From a virus (Duplodnaviria > Caudoviricetes): a stretch of DNA of 24,332 nucleotides. Below are positions 1 through 9,332 of this stretch, in pieces. The stretch is taken from positions 1 through 24,332 of IMG/VR virus record IMGVR_UViG_3300002092_000192. The stretch is one strand, 5' to 3'. Positions within the stretch are counted from its first letter, which is position 1; the number at the start of each line of letters is the position of its first letter. The notes below the pieces were generated by a model. The model had not been told where the DNA came from, made no database searches, and was given only the letters and a program-made list of their open reading frames with translations. A program made the translations under genes and the position numbers.

Positions 1-1689
1 ACAAACGGCATTACTTGGCCAAATGGATCGCCCTATGCGGGATACGGTACTGTACAGAGTATTATAGCAAGTGCAACTCCAGTCAGTGGGTTAAGTTTAA
101 GTGGTGGTACAATTACTAATTCTGGAACTATTGCATTGTCAGGTGCACTGGATTTAAGTACTGCTCCTGCTATTGGTGGCAGTGTAGCAAATAGTGGCGT
201 GTTTACTTCACTGATTACACGCAGCGGTGGACAAATTTCAGGCTATCTTAATGGACCAATAGGTGCAAATGCTGCAAACACTGGTGCATTTACTACAGTA
301 TCTGCATCTACATCAATGACCATTGGAGCTATTCAACTTTGGTCAGCTAATAGTACAATTACTGGTGTGACAATTTCTGGAACATCAGCAGGTGCAACAG
401 GAGCATTGAATGGTGCTTTGGGTGGAGCTCAACCAAATACAGTAGTTGCAACTTCCATAATAACAACAAGTGCTGGACAGATTACAGGATACCATACCGG
501 AGCGATAGGTGCCAACACTGCTAATAGTGCTGCATTTACAACATTAACTGCCACTGGAACTGCCAATTTTGCTGGTACCGTGACAGCAGCTACTTTGTCT
601 GCAACTACTATTGGTAACTCAACAGCTGCCATAACTGGAAATTCTTTAGCAATTTCGGGAACCATAACAGCGGCTACTATTGGTAACGCAACAGCGGCGT
701 TAATTGGTGCAAGTGGCACAATTGCTGGTACATTAACAGCAGCCTCTCTACTTGCAACTGCTATTGGTAATGCATCAACGGTATTAACTGGAACAAGTGG
801 AACTATTGCGGGTACGCTAACAGCCGCTACCTTAACTGCAAACACAATTGGAAATTCTTCTGCTGCTGGAACATTTAATACACTGACTGCTACAAGTGGT
901 TATCAAGGTAATACAAGCGGAGCACATAATGGAACTATTGGCGCAACAACTGCTAATAGTGGAGTATTCACAACACTTACGGCGACCACTGGTTATCAAG
1001 GTAATACAAGCGGAGCATTTAATGGTACAATAGGTGCGACTACCGCAAACACAGCAGCATTCAGTACTATTTCTGCTGGCACATGGAATGGTTCCACGAT
1101 TGGTGTCGGCTACGGCGGCACTGGAGTTACAACTGCGCAAGCAGCAATAAATGCTTTTGCAGGCGCAACAACACTTGGTTATTACTTGAGAGGTAATGGA
1201 ACTAATGTTGTTATGGCTGCTATTCAAGCATCTGATGTGCCAACACTTAATCAAAATACAACTGGTAATGCAGCTTCTGCTACTACTTTTACCAGTACTT
1301 CACAAAATTCTCAGTTTAACTCAATTGGCGTTGGTACCGCAGGCAGTGGCACAACAGGTGAAATACGTGCTACTAACAACGTAACTGCGTACTATTCTGA
1401 TGATAGACTTAAAACAAAACTTGGTAATATAGAAAATGCCTTGGAAAAGCTTGTATCTCTTAACGGTTTTAATTACCAACCAAATGATATAGCACAATCA
1501 CTGGGTTATGAAGTTAAAGATGAAGTGGGTGTGTCAGCTCAGGAGGTACAGCGTGTATTGCCCAGTGCTGTAGTACCTGCGCCAATTGATGACAAGTATC
1601 TAACTGTTCATTATGATAGATTAATACCATTATTAATTGAAGCAATTAAAGAACTTACGGCTAAAGTTGAACGCCTAGAAGGAAAGTAA
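1..1689 (+). CDS. Tail fibre protein (5'-truncated) with C-terminal intramolecular chaperone / peptidase S74 autocleavage domain
   Basis: Frame is open from base 1 (TNGITWPNGSPYAG...), so the true start lies upstream of the window. G/T/A/N-rich shaft with IGAxxANxGxFTT repeats. C-terminal TAYY-SDDRLK...GVSAQEV...YLTVHYDRLIPLLIEAIKEL plus coiled coil, typical of S74 chaperones. Confidence 0.88.
   Translation, partial: TNGITWPNGSPYAGYGTVQSIIASATPVSGLSLSGGTITNSGTIALSGALDLSTAPAIGGSVANSGVFTSLITRSGGQISGYLNGPIGANAANTGAFTTVSASTSMTIGAIQLWSANSTITGVTISGTSAGATGALNGALGGAQPNTVVATSIITTSAGQITGYHTGAIGANTANSAAFTTLTATGTANFAGTVTAATLSATTIGNSTAAITGNSLAISGTITAATIGNATAALIGASGTIAGTLTAASLLATAIGNASTVLTGTSGTIAGTLTAATLTANTIGNSSAAGTFNTLTATSGYQGNTSGAHNGTIGATTANSGVFTTLTATTGYQGNTSGAFNGTIGATTANTAAFSTISAGTWNGSTIGVGYGGTGVTTAQAAINAFAGATTLGYYLRGNGTNVVMAAIQASDVPTLNQNTTGNAASATTFTSTSQNSQFNSIGVGTAGSGTTGEIRATNNVTAYYSDDRLKTKLGNIENALEKLVSLNGFNYQPNDIAQSLGYEVKDEVGVSAQEVQRVLPSAVVPAPIDDKYLTVHYDRLIPLLIEAIKELTAKVERLEGK
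897..1017 (+). repeat. Intragenic 93-bp-period repeat (31-aa fibre shaft unit)
   Basis: Exact 28-mer tggttatcaaggtaatacaagcggagca at 897-924 and 990-1017. Confidence 0.9.
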
Positions 1690-1690
1690 T

Positions 1691-2623
1691 ATGACATTAC
1701 CTGCCTCGGGTGCAATCAGTATGTATGATATTAATGTTGAGTTGGGGAGCACAGGAACAACAACTATTTCTATGAACGATGCAATTGTTAGAACTTTGTT
1801 TGGACAAGCATCAGGCACCGTGGATCTTAATACAGGGCATTCAAAAGCAAATACATTTACCTTTAATAAAACTATATCAGCTAATACAACAAATTATAAC
1901 TTATATGATGACATGGTTGCCGCTGGATGGAACGGCACACTTAAAGTCAATGCAACTGTAACTATTAACAGTAGCGTTTATGTTTATTCAACTTCCACTG
2001 GAACTTACGGATTTAATGTATCCAGTATACCTTCAGGATCTGTGATTAGTATTACAAACAATGGTTTTATATATGGACGTGGTGGTGCTGGTGGTAATTC
2101 GACTACTGGTACTGGCAGCACTGGCGGCAACGGCGGTCCTGCATTTTTTACTAACTATGCCCTATCCTTAAGGAACAATGGCACCATTTATGGCGGTGGT
2201 GGCGGTGGTGGCTCAGGCGGCATGGGTGTAGAAATAACATTGTCAAACCGTGCATATGGCGCTGGTGGTGGAGGCGGCGGCGCTCCTAATGGCACGGGCG
2301 GTAGCGGTATAAGTGGTTATCGTACTACGGGGTCAGCTGGCAGCACTGCTTCATTGACCGGAGGTGGCGGTGGGGGTGCTGCTGGGTCAGCTTATAGCGG
2401 CTCATTTTATCGTGCTGATCCCTGGGGAAATGGTGGAGCTGGCGGTGCTCCTGGGTCATCAGGCGGCGGCGGCTATCAAGGCTATGATGGTGGCGACGTT
2501 GACGCACCGTCAGGGGTATTTGGATGGGGTGGTGGCGGCGCCGGTAGTGCCGGTGTTGCAGTTCAAGGCAGCAGTTTAATTACCTGGTTAGCAACTGGAA
2601 CTAGAGGATCCCTTGCTGGATAA
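1691..2623 (+). CDS. Glycine-rich receptor-recognition adhesin, T2/S16 gp38-like
   Basis: ITNNGFIYGRGGAGG...GGNGGPAF...LRNNGTIYGGGGGGG follows the gp38 pattern, with polyglycine segments separated by aromatic-rich loops. Starts 1 nt after an S74-fibre gene, as in gp37-gp38 pairs. Confidence 0.75.
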   Translation: MTLPASGAISMYDINVELGSTGTTTISMNDAIVRTLFGQASGTVDLNTGHSKANTFTFNKTISANTTNYNLYDDMVAAGWNGTLKVNATVTINSSVYVYSTSTGTYGFNVSSIPSGSVISITNNGFIYGRGGAGGNSTTGTGSTGGNGGPAFFTNYALSLRNNGTIYGGGGGGGSGGMGVEITLSNRAYGAGGGGGGAPNGTGGSGISGYRTTGSAGSTASLTGGGGGGAAGSAYSGSFYRADPWGNGGAGGAPGSSGGGGYQGYDGGDVDAPSGVFGWGGGGAGSAGVAVQGSSLITWLATGTRGSLAG

Positions 2624-2668
2624 CAAATAACAACTGATTATACAAAATAATCATACAGCGTAAACCGC

Positions 2669-2674
2669 TAAATA
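2669..2674 (+). promoter_or_regulatory. Putative phage late promoter core (TAAATA)
   Basis: CTAAATA in the intergenic gap, followed by AGGAG RBS and ATG at 2696. Resembles the T4 late promoter TATAAATA and recurs before other genes in the window. Confidence 0.55.
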
Positions 2675-2695
2675 AAGTGTAGGAGCTTTTGAGAG

Positions 2696-4543
2696 ATGGC
2701 ATATACTATTACCCACGCAAATGGACAGAATCCAATTGTAATCCCTGACGGGCAGATCAATACACAAACTTCAGTTATCCTGGTGGGTAAGAACTACCCC
2801 AACTATGGGTCAATACTTGGACAAAATTTTCTAACTTTATTGGAAAATAGTGCATGGGGTACTCCTCCTACTGCACCCGTAATTGGTGAACTATGGTGGA
2901 ACACAACAAGTAATATACTTCAGATTTGGACTGGTACTATTTGGAAGAATGTTGGCTCAACTACAACAAGTGCTACTGCGCCTGATTCAGCAACTAGTAA
3001 TATTGGTGATTTGTGGTGGAATACTGCTAGTGGCGGTGGACAGCTATATGGATTTGATGGAGCTACCTACAAGCTTATTGGTCCAATTGGCGGAGCAGCA
3101 GGTGTAGCGTCTGAAACAATTATTGATTCTGGAGACACTGGTAGAGCTGTTCTAAGTATGACTATTGGCAATTACAAATATGCTATCTTGTCAGCAAGTG
3201 CAGCGTTTGTGCCCAAGACTCCAATTCCTGGATTTCAAACAGTTTATCCTGGATTGAACATTGCAAATACAAGCTTCCTATCCAATGCTAAATTTTATGG
3301 ACAGGCTAATGATAGTGCTACATTAACAGGTATTGCTGCAAGTCAGTTCATGCGTAATGACGTTACTACTACTAGCTTAACTGGTAACTTAAATGTTCTT
3401 AATAATGCTGGCTTGAATGTTGGGACTGCAAATAATTTAAACTTGTCAATTATTGGTGCAAACAGTGTTGTAAGCAGTCAGACATCTGGCGGTGTCATGA
3501 ACTTCAGAGTAAAGTCAGGCGCAGGTGCAACATTAGATGCAGTTGACATATATCCCAATGGTAACTTGGTAGCAAACTACGATCTTACTGTTACTGGTAA
3601 CTTGAATTTTTCTAATTCCGCACTTAACTTTATCGTAACTGCAACAGAAGCAAGTACAGGAACAACTACTGGTGCTCTAAGAGTTCCAAATGGTGGTACT
3701 AGCATCGGCGGAAATATTAATACCGGTGGATCTAATAATAACTTCGTTGGACAGGTAAGAGCTGCAACTATTGTTTCCAATTCAAGCATTACTGGTGCAA
3801 CTATTGGTAATGTTGGAACATTGTTAACTGGTACATTACAGACAGTTGCACAGCCAAATATTACAAGTGTTGGCACATTAACTGGATTAACAGTAGCTGG
3901 TGTAATGAGTGCTACTACTGTAGGCGGAACATTAACTACTAATGCTCAACCTTATATCACTAGTGTTGGTACATTGTCAGCATTAACTGTTTCTGGTGCA
4001 ACAAATCTTGGCGCACAGTCAAACCTGACACTAACTGGTGGTAGCAATGGACAGTTCTTAAAGACCAATGGATCTGGTGTACTGACTTGGGGCACTGTTG
4101 ACAATTCACTCATTACTGGAACAAATACTAGAATTGCATATTTTGGTGGTGGTGGTACTATAACAAGTGGCGCAGGCTTAACATATGATGGTGCTAATTT
4201 CTATGTGTCAGGCGGCGGTTTGTTTACCGGTGACATCACAGCATACTATTCAGACGACAGATTAAAGACTCGTATTGGTAATATTGAAAATGCATTGGAT
4301 AAGGTAGGACAGTTAAACGGTTTCTACTATGAAGCAAATGCATTGGCAAATGATTTGGGATATGCAACTAAACGAGAAGTTGGTGTTTCAGCGCAGGAAA
4401 TACAAAGTGTTCTTCCAGAAGTTGTCGGACCAGCTCCTGTTGATGCAGAATATTTGACAGTCAAGTATGAGAGAATTATCCCATTATTGATTGAAGCAAT
4501 TAAAGAGTTGAAATCTGAAATTGAAATTTTGAAATCAAAGTAA
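2696..4543 (+). CDS. Tail fibre protein with N-terminal attachment modules and C-terminal S74 chaperone domain
   Basis: N-terminal LVGKNYPNYG...LLEN and two G(E/D)LWWNT modules; AQP(N/Y)ITSVGTL repeats; C-terminal TAYY-SDDRLK...YLTVKYERIIPLLIEAIKELK. Confidence 0.85.
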   Translation: MAYTITHANGQNPIVIPDGQINTQTSVILVGKNYPNYGSILGQNFLTLLENSAWGTPPTAPVIGELWWNTTSNILQIWTGTIWKNVGSTTTSATAPDSATSNIGDLWWNTASGGGQLYGFDGATYKLIGPIGGAAGVASETIIDSGDTGRAVLSMTIGNYKYAILSASAAFVPKTPIPGFQTVYPGLNIANTSFLSNAKFYGQANDSATLTGIAASQFMRNDVTTTSLTGNLNVLNNAGLNVGTANNLNLSIIGANSVVSSQTSGGVMNFRVKSGAGATLDAVDIYPNGNLVANYDLTVTGNLNFSNSALNFIVTATEASTGTTTGALRVPNGGTSIGGNINTGGSNNNFVGQVRAATIVSNSSITGATIGNVGTLLTGTLQTVAQPNITSVGTLTGLTVAGVMSATTVGGTLTTNAQPYITSVGTLSALTVSGATNLGAQSNLTLTGGSNGQFLKTNGSGVLTWGTVDNSLITGTNTRIAYFGGGGTITSGAGLTYDGANFYVSGGGLFTGDITAYYSDDRLKTRIGNIENALDKVGQLNGFYYEANALANDLGYATKREVGVSAQEIQSVLPEVVGPAPVDAEYLTVKYERIIPLLIEAIKELKSEIEILKSK

Positions 4544-4568
4544 GTAATTGGAATACACAAAACCCAAA

Positions 4569-4574
4569 TAAATA
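4569..4574 (+). promoter_or_regulatory. Putative phage late promoter core (TAAATA)
   Basis: ATAAATAC in the intergenic gap, about 27 nt before the ATG at 4602. Confidence 0.5.
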
Positions 4575-4601
4575 CTATGATAAAATTGGGGTAGTGTGTT
4601 A

Positions 4602-7600
4602 ATGGCTGCACTTACAAGAATTCGAAATAACCAGGTCTACAATAGTGATATCAATGCATCAGCTAAAATTGTACCTGGTTCTATAACAGGTGGACTTTTT
4701 GCGCCCGCCATTACATACACTGGCAACTTAACTGTAAGCAATCTATTTGTCTATGGAAACACATCAAGTTTAGATACTATAAGTGTTGTAAGTTCTGACC
4801 CCACAATTATTCTAAATAGAAACTTCAGTGGTTCCAACACATATGATGTTGGATTAATACTGGGTCGAGGAAATCAAACAAATACTGCATTGGTGTGGAA
4901 CGAAAGCAATAAAGAATTTGCTTTCATATACACAAGTGCAACAACAGCAGAAAGTTATTATGGTACTGTTCCCAATGCAGGTTATGCTAATGTTCATGCC
5001 TATGGTGGATTGTTTAATAATATAACATCAACTACAAGTACAATTACTAACTTAATAAGCGGTAATGCAAGAATAACAAATGGGTATTTAGATAATACAG
5101 TCATTGGAGCAAATACTCCTAATTCTGCTGTAGTTACTACACTCAATGCAACTGGTACTGCTAACTTTGCCGGCACATTAACAGCCGCAACAATTAATGC
5201 ACTTAATATTGGTAACACAGGTGCTACTATAACTGGCACACATAATGGTCCTATTAATGGTCCATTCAATGGAACTGTTGGTGCTACTACTGCTAACACT
5301 GGTGTATTCACAACATTAACTGCCACAACTGGTTATCAAGGTGCAGTAAATGGTGCAATGAATGGCACACTTGGTGCAACTACTGCTAATACAGGTGCGT
5401 TTACTACGCTATCAACAACAGGTGCATTATCATTGGCAACTGGTGTCACTGGTGACATTGTAACCTTGGGTAATAGTTTCGGCCTTATACAAGCAACGTC
5501 ATCCTATATTGGTATAAAAACTGGCGCCACTGCTGATCTAAGATTAATTAACGCAACTGAATCTGGATCAATACTTCTTTATAATTCTTCAGGTAATACT
5601 AGGATTACATCAACTACTACTAGTACTGCTAGTTCCACTGGTGCTCTTACTGTTGCCGGTGGACTAGGTGTTACTGGAAATGTATATGTAAGTGGTGGTA
5701 TAAATGGTATTATTGGTAACGGCACAGCATCTGCTGGTACCTTTACAACGCTAACTTCAACAAACAATACTTACTTGTCTACTTCTGCTGGTAATGTTGG
5801 TATTGGAACAAGTAGTCCAGAATTTAAACTTGATGTTAACCTACGTGATAGTACAACTGATTACTTAAAAATATATCACCCAACTAGTGGATATAATGCT
5901 GGCCTACTACTGCGATCAGCAAATGATGGCAATGCTGACATTTATCAGACTGGATCCGTAACAGTAATTAGAAATTTAACTCCTTCTGGTAATATGGGAT
6001 TTGCGATACAGACCGGTGGTAAATTTACTTGGGGTTGGTCTGGTGCGCAATATGGATCATGGACTACTAGAGGACTTGGTATTAATTTAAATGATGACGC
6101 ACAGGCAGCACTTCATGTTGCTGGTAATGTCATTGCATATTTTAATGGACCAATTGGTGCTAACACAGCAAACACAGGTGTATTCACAACACTAACAGCG
6201 TCATCAGGATACAGTGGGTCAACAAGTGGCGCACATAACGGAACTGTAGGTGCAACTACTGCTAATACAGGTGCATTTACTACATTAACAGCAACAACTG
6301 GATATCAAGGCAATACCAGCGGTGCGCATAATGGGACAGTTGGTGCCTCAACGCCTAATGTTGGTACATTTACTACTCTTACCATTAATGATGACACTAA
6401 TGCTACAAGTATGTCATCGGGTGCTTTACAAATAACCAATGGTGGTGCAAGTATTCAAAAGGACTTGTGGGTTGGTGGAAATATCTACGGTAATATTATT
6501 TCACAAGTCAGTACAATTTTAGGAATTAATGATCCATTAATATACTTGAATGCAAGCAATCCGCAAAATTATAATTATGACATTGGCTTTTATAGTCATA
6601 TGTTTACTGGTGCTGCTAATGTTTACGGTCACAGTGGATTTATTCGTAATCATAATGACAATGTATGGTATCTTTTTAGTAACATTGATACAGAACCAGC
6701 AGCTGGTTCTGTAAATTTCTCAAGTGCTAATTTAATATATGATGGATTGAAACTTGGTACACTTACTGTGGCCAATAATAAACCATCAACAAGTACAACA
6801 ACAGGTGCATTAACAGTAGCCGGCGGCGCTGGCGTCGTTGGTAATTTAAATGTTGGTGGTATTATAAATGGTGCATTTAACGGAACTGTTGGTGCAACAA
6901 CAACTAGCACAGGTGCTTTCACTACTATAACAACATCAAGTACAATTAACTCAACAGGCACCATTTATGCAGTTAATGGTGTCCAGGGCCCATTAGATGG
7001 TCCATTCAATGGTACAATTGGTGCTGCAACCCCCAACACCGGTGTATTCACAACAGTAACGACTGTAAGTGGTGGGCAGTTAAAAGGTTATCTCACTGGT
7101 CCAATTGGCGCTAATGTTGCAAATACTGCTGCATTCACAACTGTTATTGCAAGTGGTAATATATTTGCTAACAGTGGAACATCATCTACAAGTATCACAA
7201 CAGGTGCTGTTGTGGTTAATGGTGGCATTGGTGCAAGTGGTAATTTAAATATTGGAACATATGATACAAGTTTACATAACATTCAAGGTAATTTACTTTT
7301 AGGTCTTGGGAATGTTCAAGACTCTGCAGATAGTATTTTAACTATTAATCACAATGCAGCTACCCCATTGGTATCAAACGCCAGTGTTCATATATCAGGT
7401 GCTCCTAATAGAGCAACTTTAATAAACATTGATTCATTTGGGCAAGGGTTTAACGGTGGGTTTGTGGGACGTGCGGCTCGAGGTACACCTAGTGCTCCAA
7501 CCGCTGTGCAAACAGGTGATGATTTGGTAACGTTCAGTGGTCGCGGATATGCAGACACTGGATTTTCCTATGCAAATGCGTATGCTTCACCTGGTATGCG

Positions 7601-9308
7601 TATTATTGCTGCTGAAAACTTTACTGATACCGCTCAAGGTGCTAACGTATCTTTATATGTCACTGCAATTGGCCAAATACAAACAGGACCGCCTGCTGTA
7701 ACTATTTCATCAACTGGTACATTATATGCGATGCGTTCAACTGCTTCTGCAGGGTTAACAACTGGTGCATTTATTTCCAATGGTGGCGCTGCAATAACCG
7801 GAACATTAAATGTTGGTAACGGCATAAACTTATTTGGTAATGGTAATATAATTGCCAGTACTGCAAATGCAAGCCTGTTCAATACCCCATCAACTATTAG
7901 TGCATTTGCAAATGCCTCAGTGATATCATTGGGTAATACAGCTGGAACATTAACACTTAATAATCCAGTTGTTGTTGGCTCTCAGTTAACACAGGATTTG
8001 TTTAATACGTTTGCAACAACTTTAAATTTTGCAGGCGCTGCAAGCTCATTAAACATAGGTAATCCAACTGGTGTTGCAACTATTAACAGTGGAGTATACT
8101 TTGCAAATTCCACTGATGCATCTAGTTCAACCTATGGTAGTGTTATAGCAACAGGTGGTATTGCTGTTGCTAAATCTGCCAACATTGGTGGAAATATCTA
8201 TTCAGGATCAACTGGTACATTTGCAGGAAATATTATTTCTCCCAATGTAAACGGAACTTCAAGTGTTAATAGTCCAGTCAGCAGAACTAATGTTGTCAAT
8301 GCATATGCAAATTCTAATATTAGTATCAATCCTGCTGCAAATGGTAACTTGGTTATAAATGGCAATGGGCTTGTTGCTAACTTAATTGTCAATGGCAATG
8401 GTTATAATAATCTACTGGTAACCAATGGTGCAACTGGACAAGTTGGTGTTAAAATTTCACCTGATTTAATTCCAAATTATACATCTTTCCAAATAAATGC
8501 AAATGATTCAATGATGATTCCAGTTGGTTTAACTGGCGCTCGCCCGCCTGTTGGCCAAGAACAAAAAGGTATGTTGCGTTTTAATAGCAGTACTAACTTT
8601 ATGGAATATTGGGACGGCGCAAATTGGAATTCAGGTGGTGCAGTATTCACAACTATAACAGCCGATGAGTTTGTTGGTAATGGATCCCAGACTAACTTTA
8701 CTTTAAGTCAAAGTACTACAACTAGTGGTGTAATTGTTTCAGTTAACGGCTTGGTACAACTTCCAAGTGTTGCATACAGTGTGTCAGGTAAAATATTAAC
8801 ATTTACATCACCACCTGCTGGATCTGCGTATATTGATATCAGAACTATTGTTACTACTGTGTCAGTAACTTCAGTAGCCGACGGCACAACAGAAGTCACT
8901 GTAGCTAACTCTCAACCATCAATTTATGCAACAGTTCGAGGTAGCAATGTATGGGTTGCAAATACCAGCACATATTTCAGTGGTGGTATAACATCATTTA
9001 ATTCCAATACAAGTTTAACACAAAATACACTTACCACTGTTGATACATTCAGTAAAACAAAGTTCCGTAGTGCAAAATATGTTGTGACTATAAGTGACTT
9101 TGCAGGAGCAAAATATCAAACAGCAGAAGTGTTGGTTGTACATAATGGAACTACAGCCACAGCAGCAACTTACGGAATTGTAAGTACAAGTGGAAGTAGC
9201 TTTGTTACATACGGAGCAGTAGTGTCAGGATCAAACGTACTCTTACAGGCAAATTGCACAAGTGCAACTAGCTACGCAAGTGTACAGCAAATTTATAACG
9301 CAGTATAA
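4602..9308 (+). CDS. Long virion structural / proximal fibre protein (~1568 aa)
   Basis: About 10 IGAxxxNxGxFTT shaft repeats, GNVGIGTSSP, GALTVAGG repeats, KGMLRFNSSTNFMEYWDG module, GNGSQTNFTL...V.VNGLVQ.P..AY beta domain and C-terminal DTFSKTKFRSAKY domain. ATG 4602 preferred over GTG 4596. Confidence 0.8.
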   Translation: MAALTRIRNNQVYNSDINASAKIVPGSITGGLFAPAITYTGNLTVSNLFVYGNTSSLDTISVVSSDPTIILNRNFSGSNTYDVGLILGRGNQTNTALVWNESNKEFAFIYTSATTAESYYGTVPNAGYANVHAYGGLFNNITSTTSTITNLISGNARITNGYLDNTVIGANTPNSAVVTTLNATGTANFAGTLTAATINALNIGNTGATITGTHNGPINGPFNGTVGATTANTGVFTTLTATTGYQGAVNGAMNGTLGATTANTGAFTTLSTTGALSLATGVTGDIVTLGNSFGLIQATSSYIGIKTGATADLRLINATESGSILLYNSSGNTRITSTTTSTASSTGALTVAGGLGVTGNVYVSGGINGIIGNGTASAGTFTTLTSTNNTYLSTSAGNVGIGTSSPEFKLDVNLRDSTTDYLKIYHPTSGYNAGLLLRSANDGNADIYQTGSVTVIRNLTPSGNMGFAIQTGGKFTWGWSGAQYGSWTTRGLGINLNDDAQAALHVAGNVIAYFNGPIGANTANTGVFTTLTASSGYSGSTSGAHNGTVGATTANTGAFTTLTATTGYQGNTSGAHNGTVGASTPNVGTFTTLTINDDTNATSMSSGALQITNGGASIQKDLWVGGNIYGNIISQVSTILGINDPLIYLNASNPQNYNYDIGFYSHMFTGAANVYGHSGFIRNHNDNVWYLFSNIDTEPAAGSVNFSSANLIYDGLKLGTLTVANNKPSTSTTTGALTVAGGAGVVGNLNVGGIINGAFNGTVGATTTSTGAFTTITTSSTINSTGTIYAVNGVQGPLDGPFNGTIGAATPNTGVFTTVTTVSGGQLKGYLTGPIGANVANTAAFTTVIASGNIFANSGTSSTSITTGAVVVNGGIGASGNLNIGTYDTSLHNIQGNLLLGLGNVQDSADSILTINHNAATPLVSNASVHISGAPNRATLINIDSFGQGFNGGFVGRAARGTPSAPTAVQTGDDLVTFSGRGYADTGFSYANAYASPGMRIIAAENFTDTAQGANVSLYVTAIGQIQTGPPAVTISSTGTLYAMRSTASAGLTTGAFISNGGAAITGTLNVGNGINLFGNGNIIASTANASLFNTPSTISAFANASVISLGNTAGTLTLNNPVVVGSQLTQDLFNTFATTLNFAGAASSLNIGNPTGVATINSGVYFANSTDASSSTYGSVIATGGIAVAKSANIGGNIYSGSTGTFAGNIISPNVNGTSSVNSPVSRTNVVNAYANSNISINPAANGNLVINGNGLVANLIVNGNGYNNLLVTNGATGQVGVKISPDLIPNYTSFQINANDSMMIPVGLTGARPPVGQEQKGMLRFNSSTNFMEYWDGANWNSGGAVFTTITADEFVGNGSQTNFTLSQSTTTSGVIVSVNGLVQLPSVAYSVSGKILTFTSPPAGSAYIDIRTIVTTVSVTSVADGTTEVTVANSQPSIYATVRGSNVWVANTSTYFSGGITSFNSNTSLTQNTLTTVDTFSKTKFRSAKYVVTISDFAGAKYQTAEVLVVHNGTTATAATYGIVSTSGSSFVTYGAVVSGSNVLLQANCTSATSYASVQQIYNAV

Positions 9309-9332
9309 AACGCCACAAGGGAATATGGAACT

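Noticed and set aside
136-138. TTG start for the first fibre gene
   Set aside because: The frame is open and fibre-like back to base 1, so the gene starts upstream of the window.
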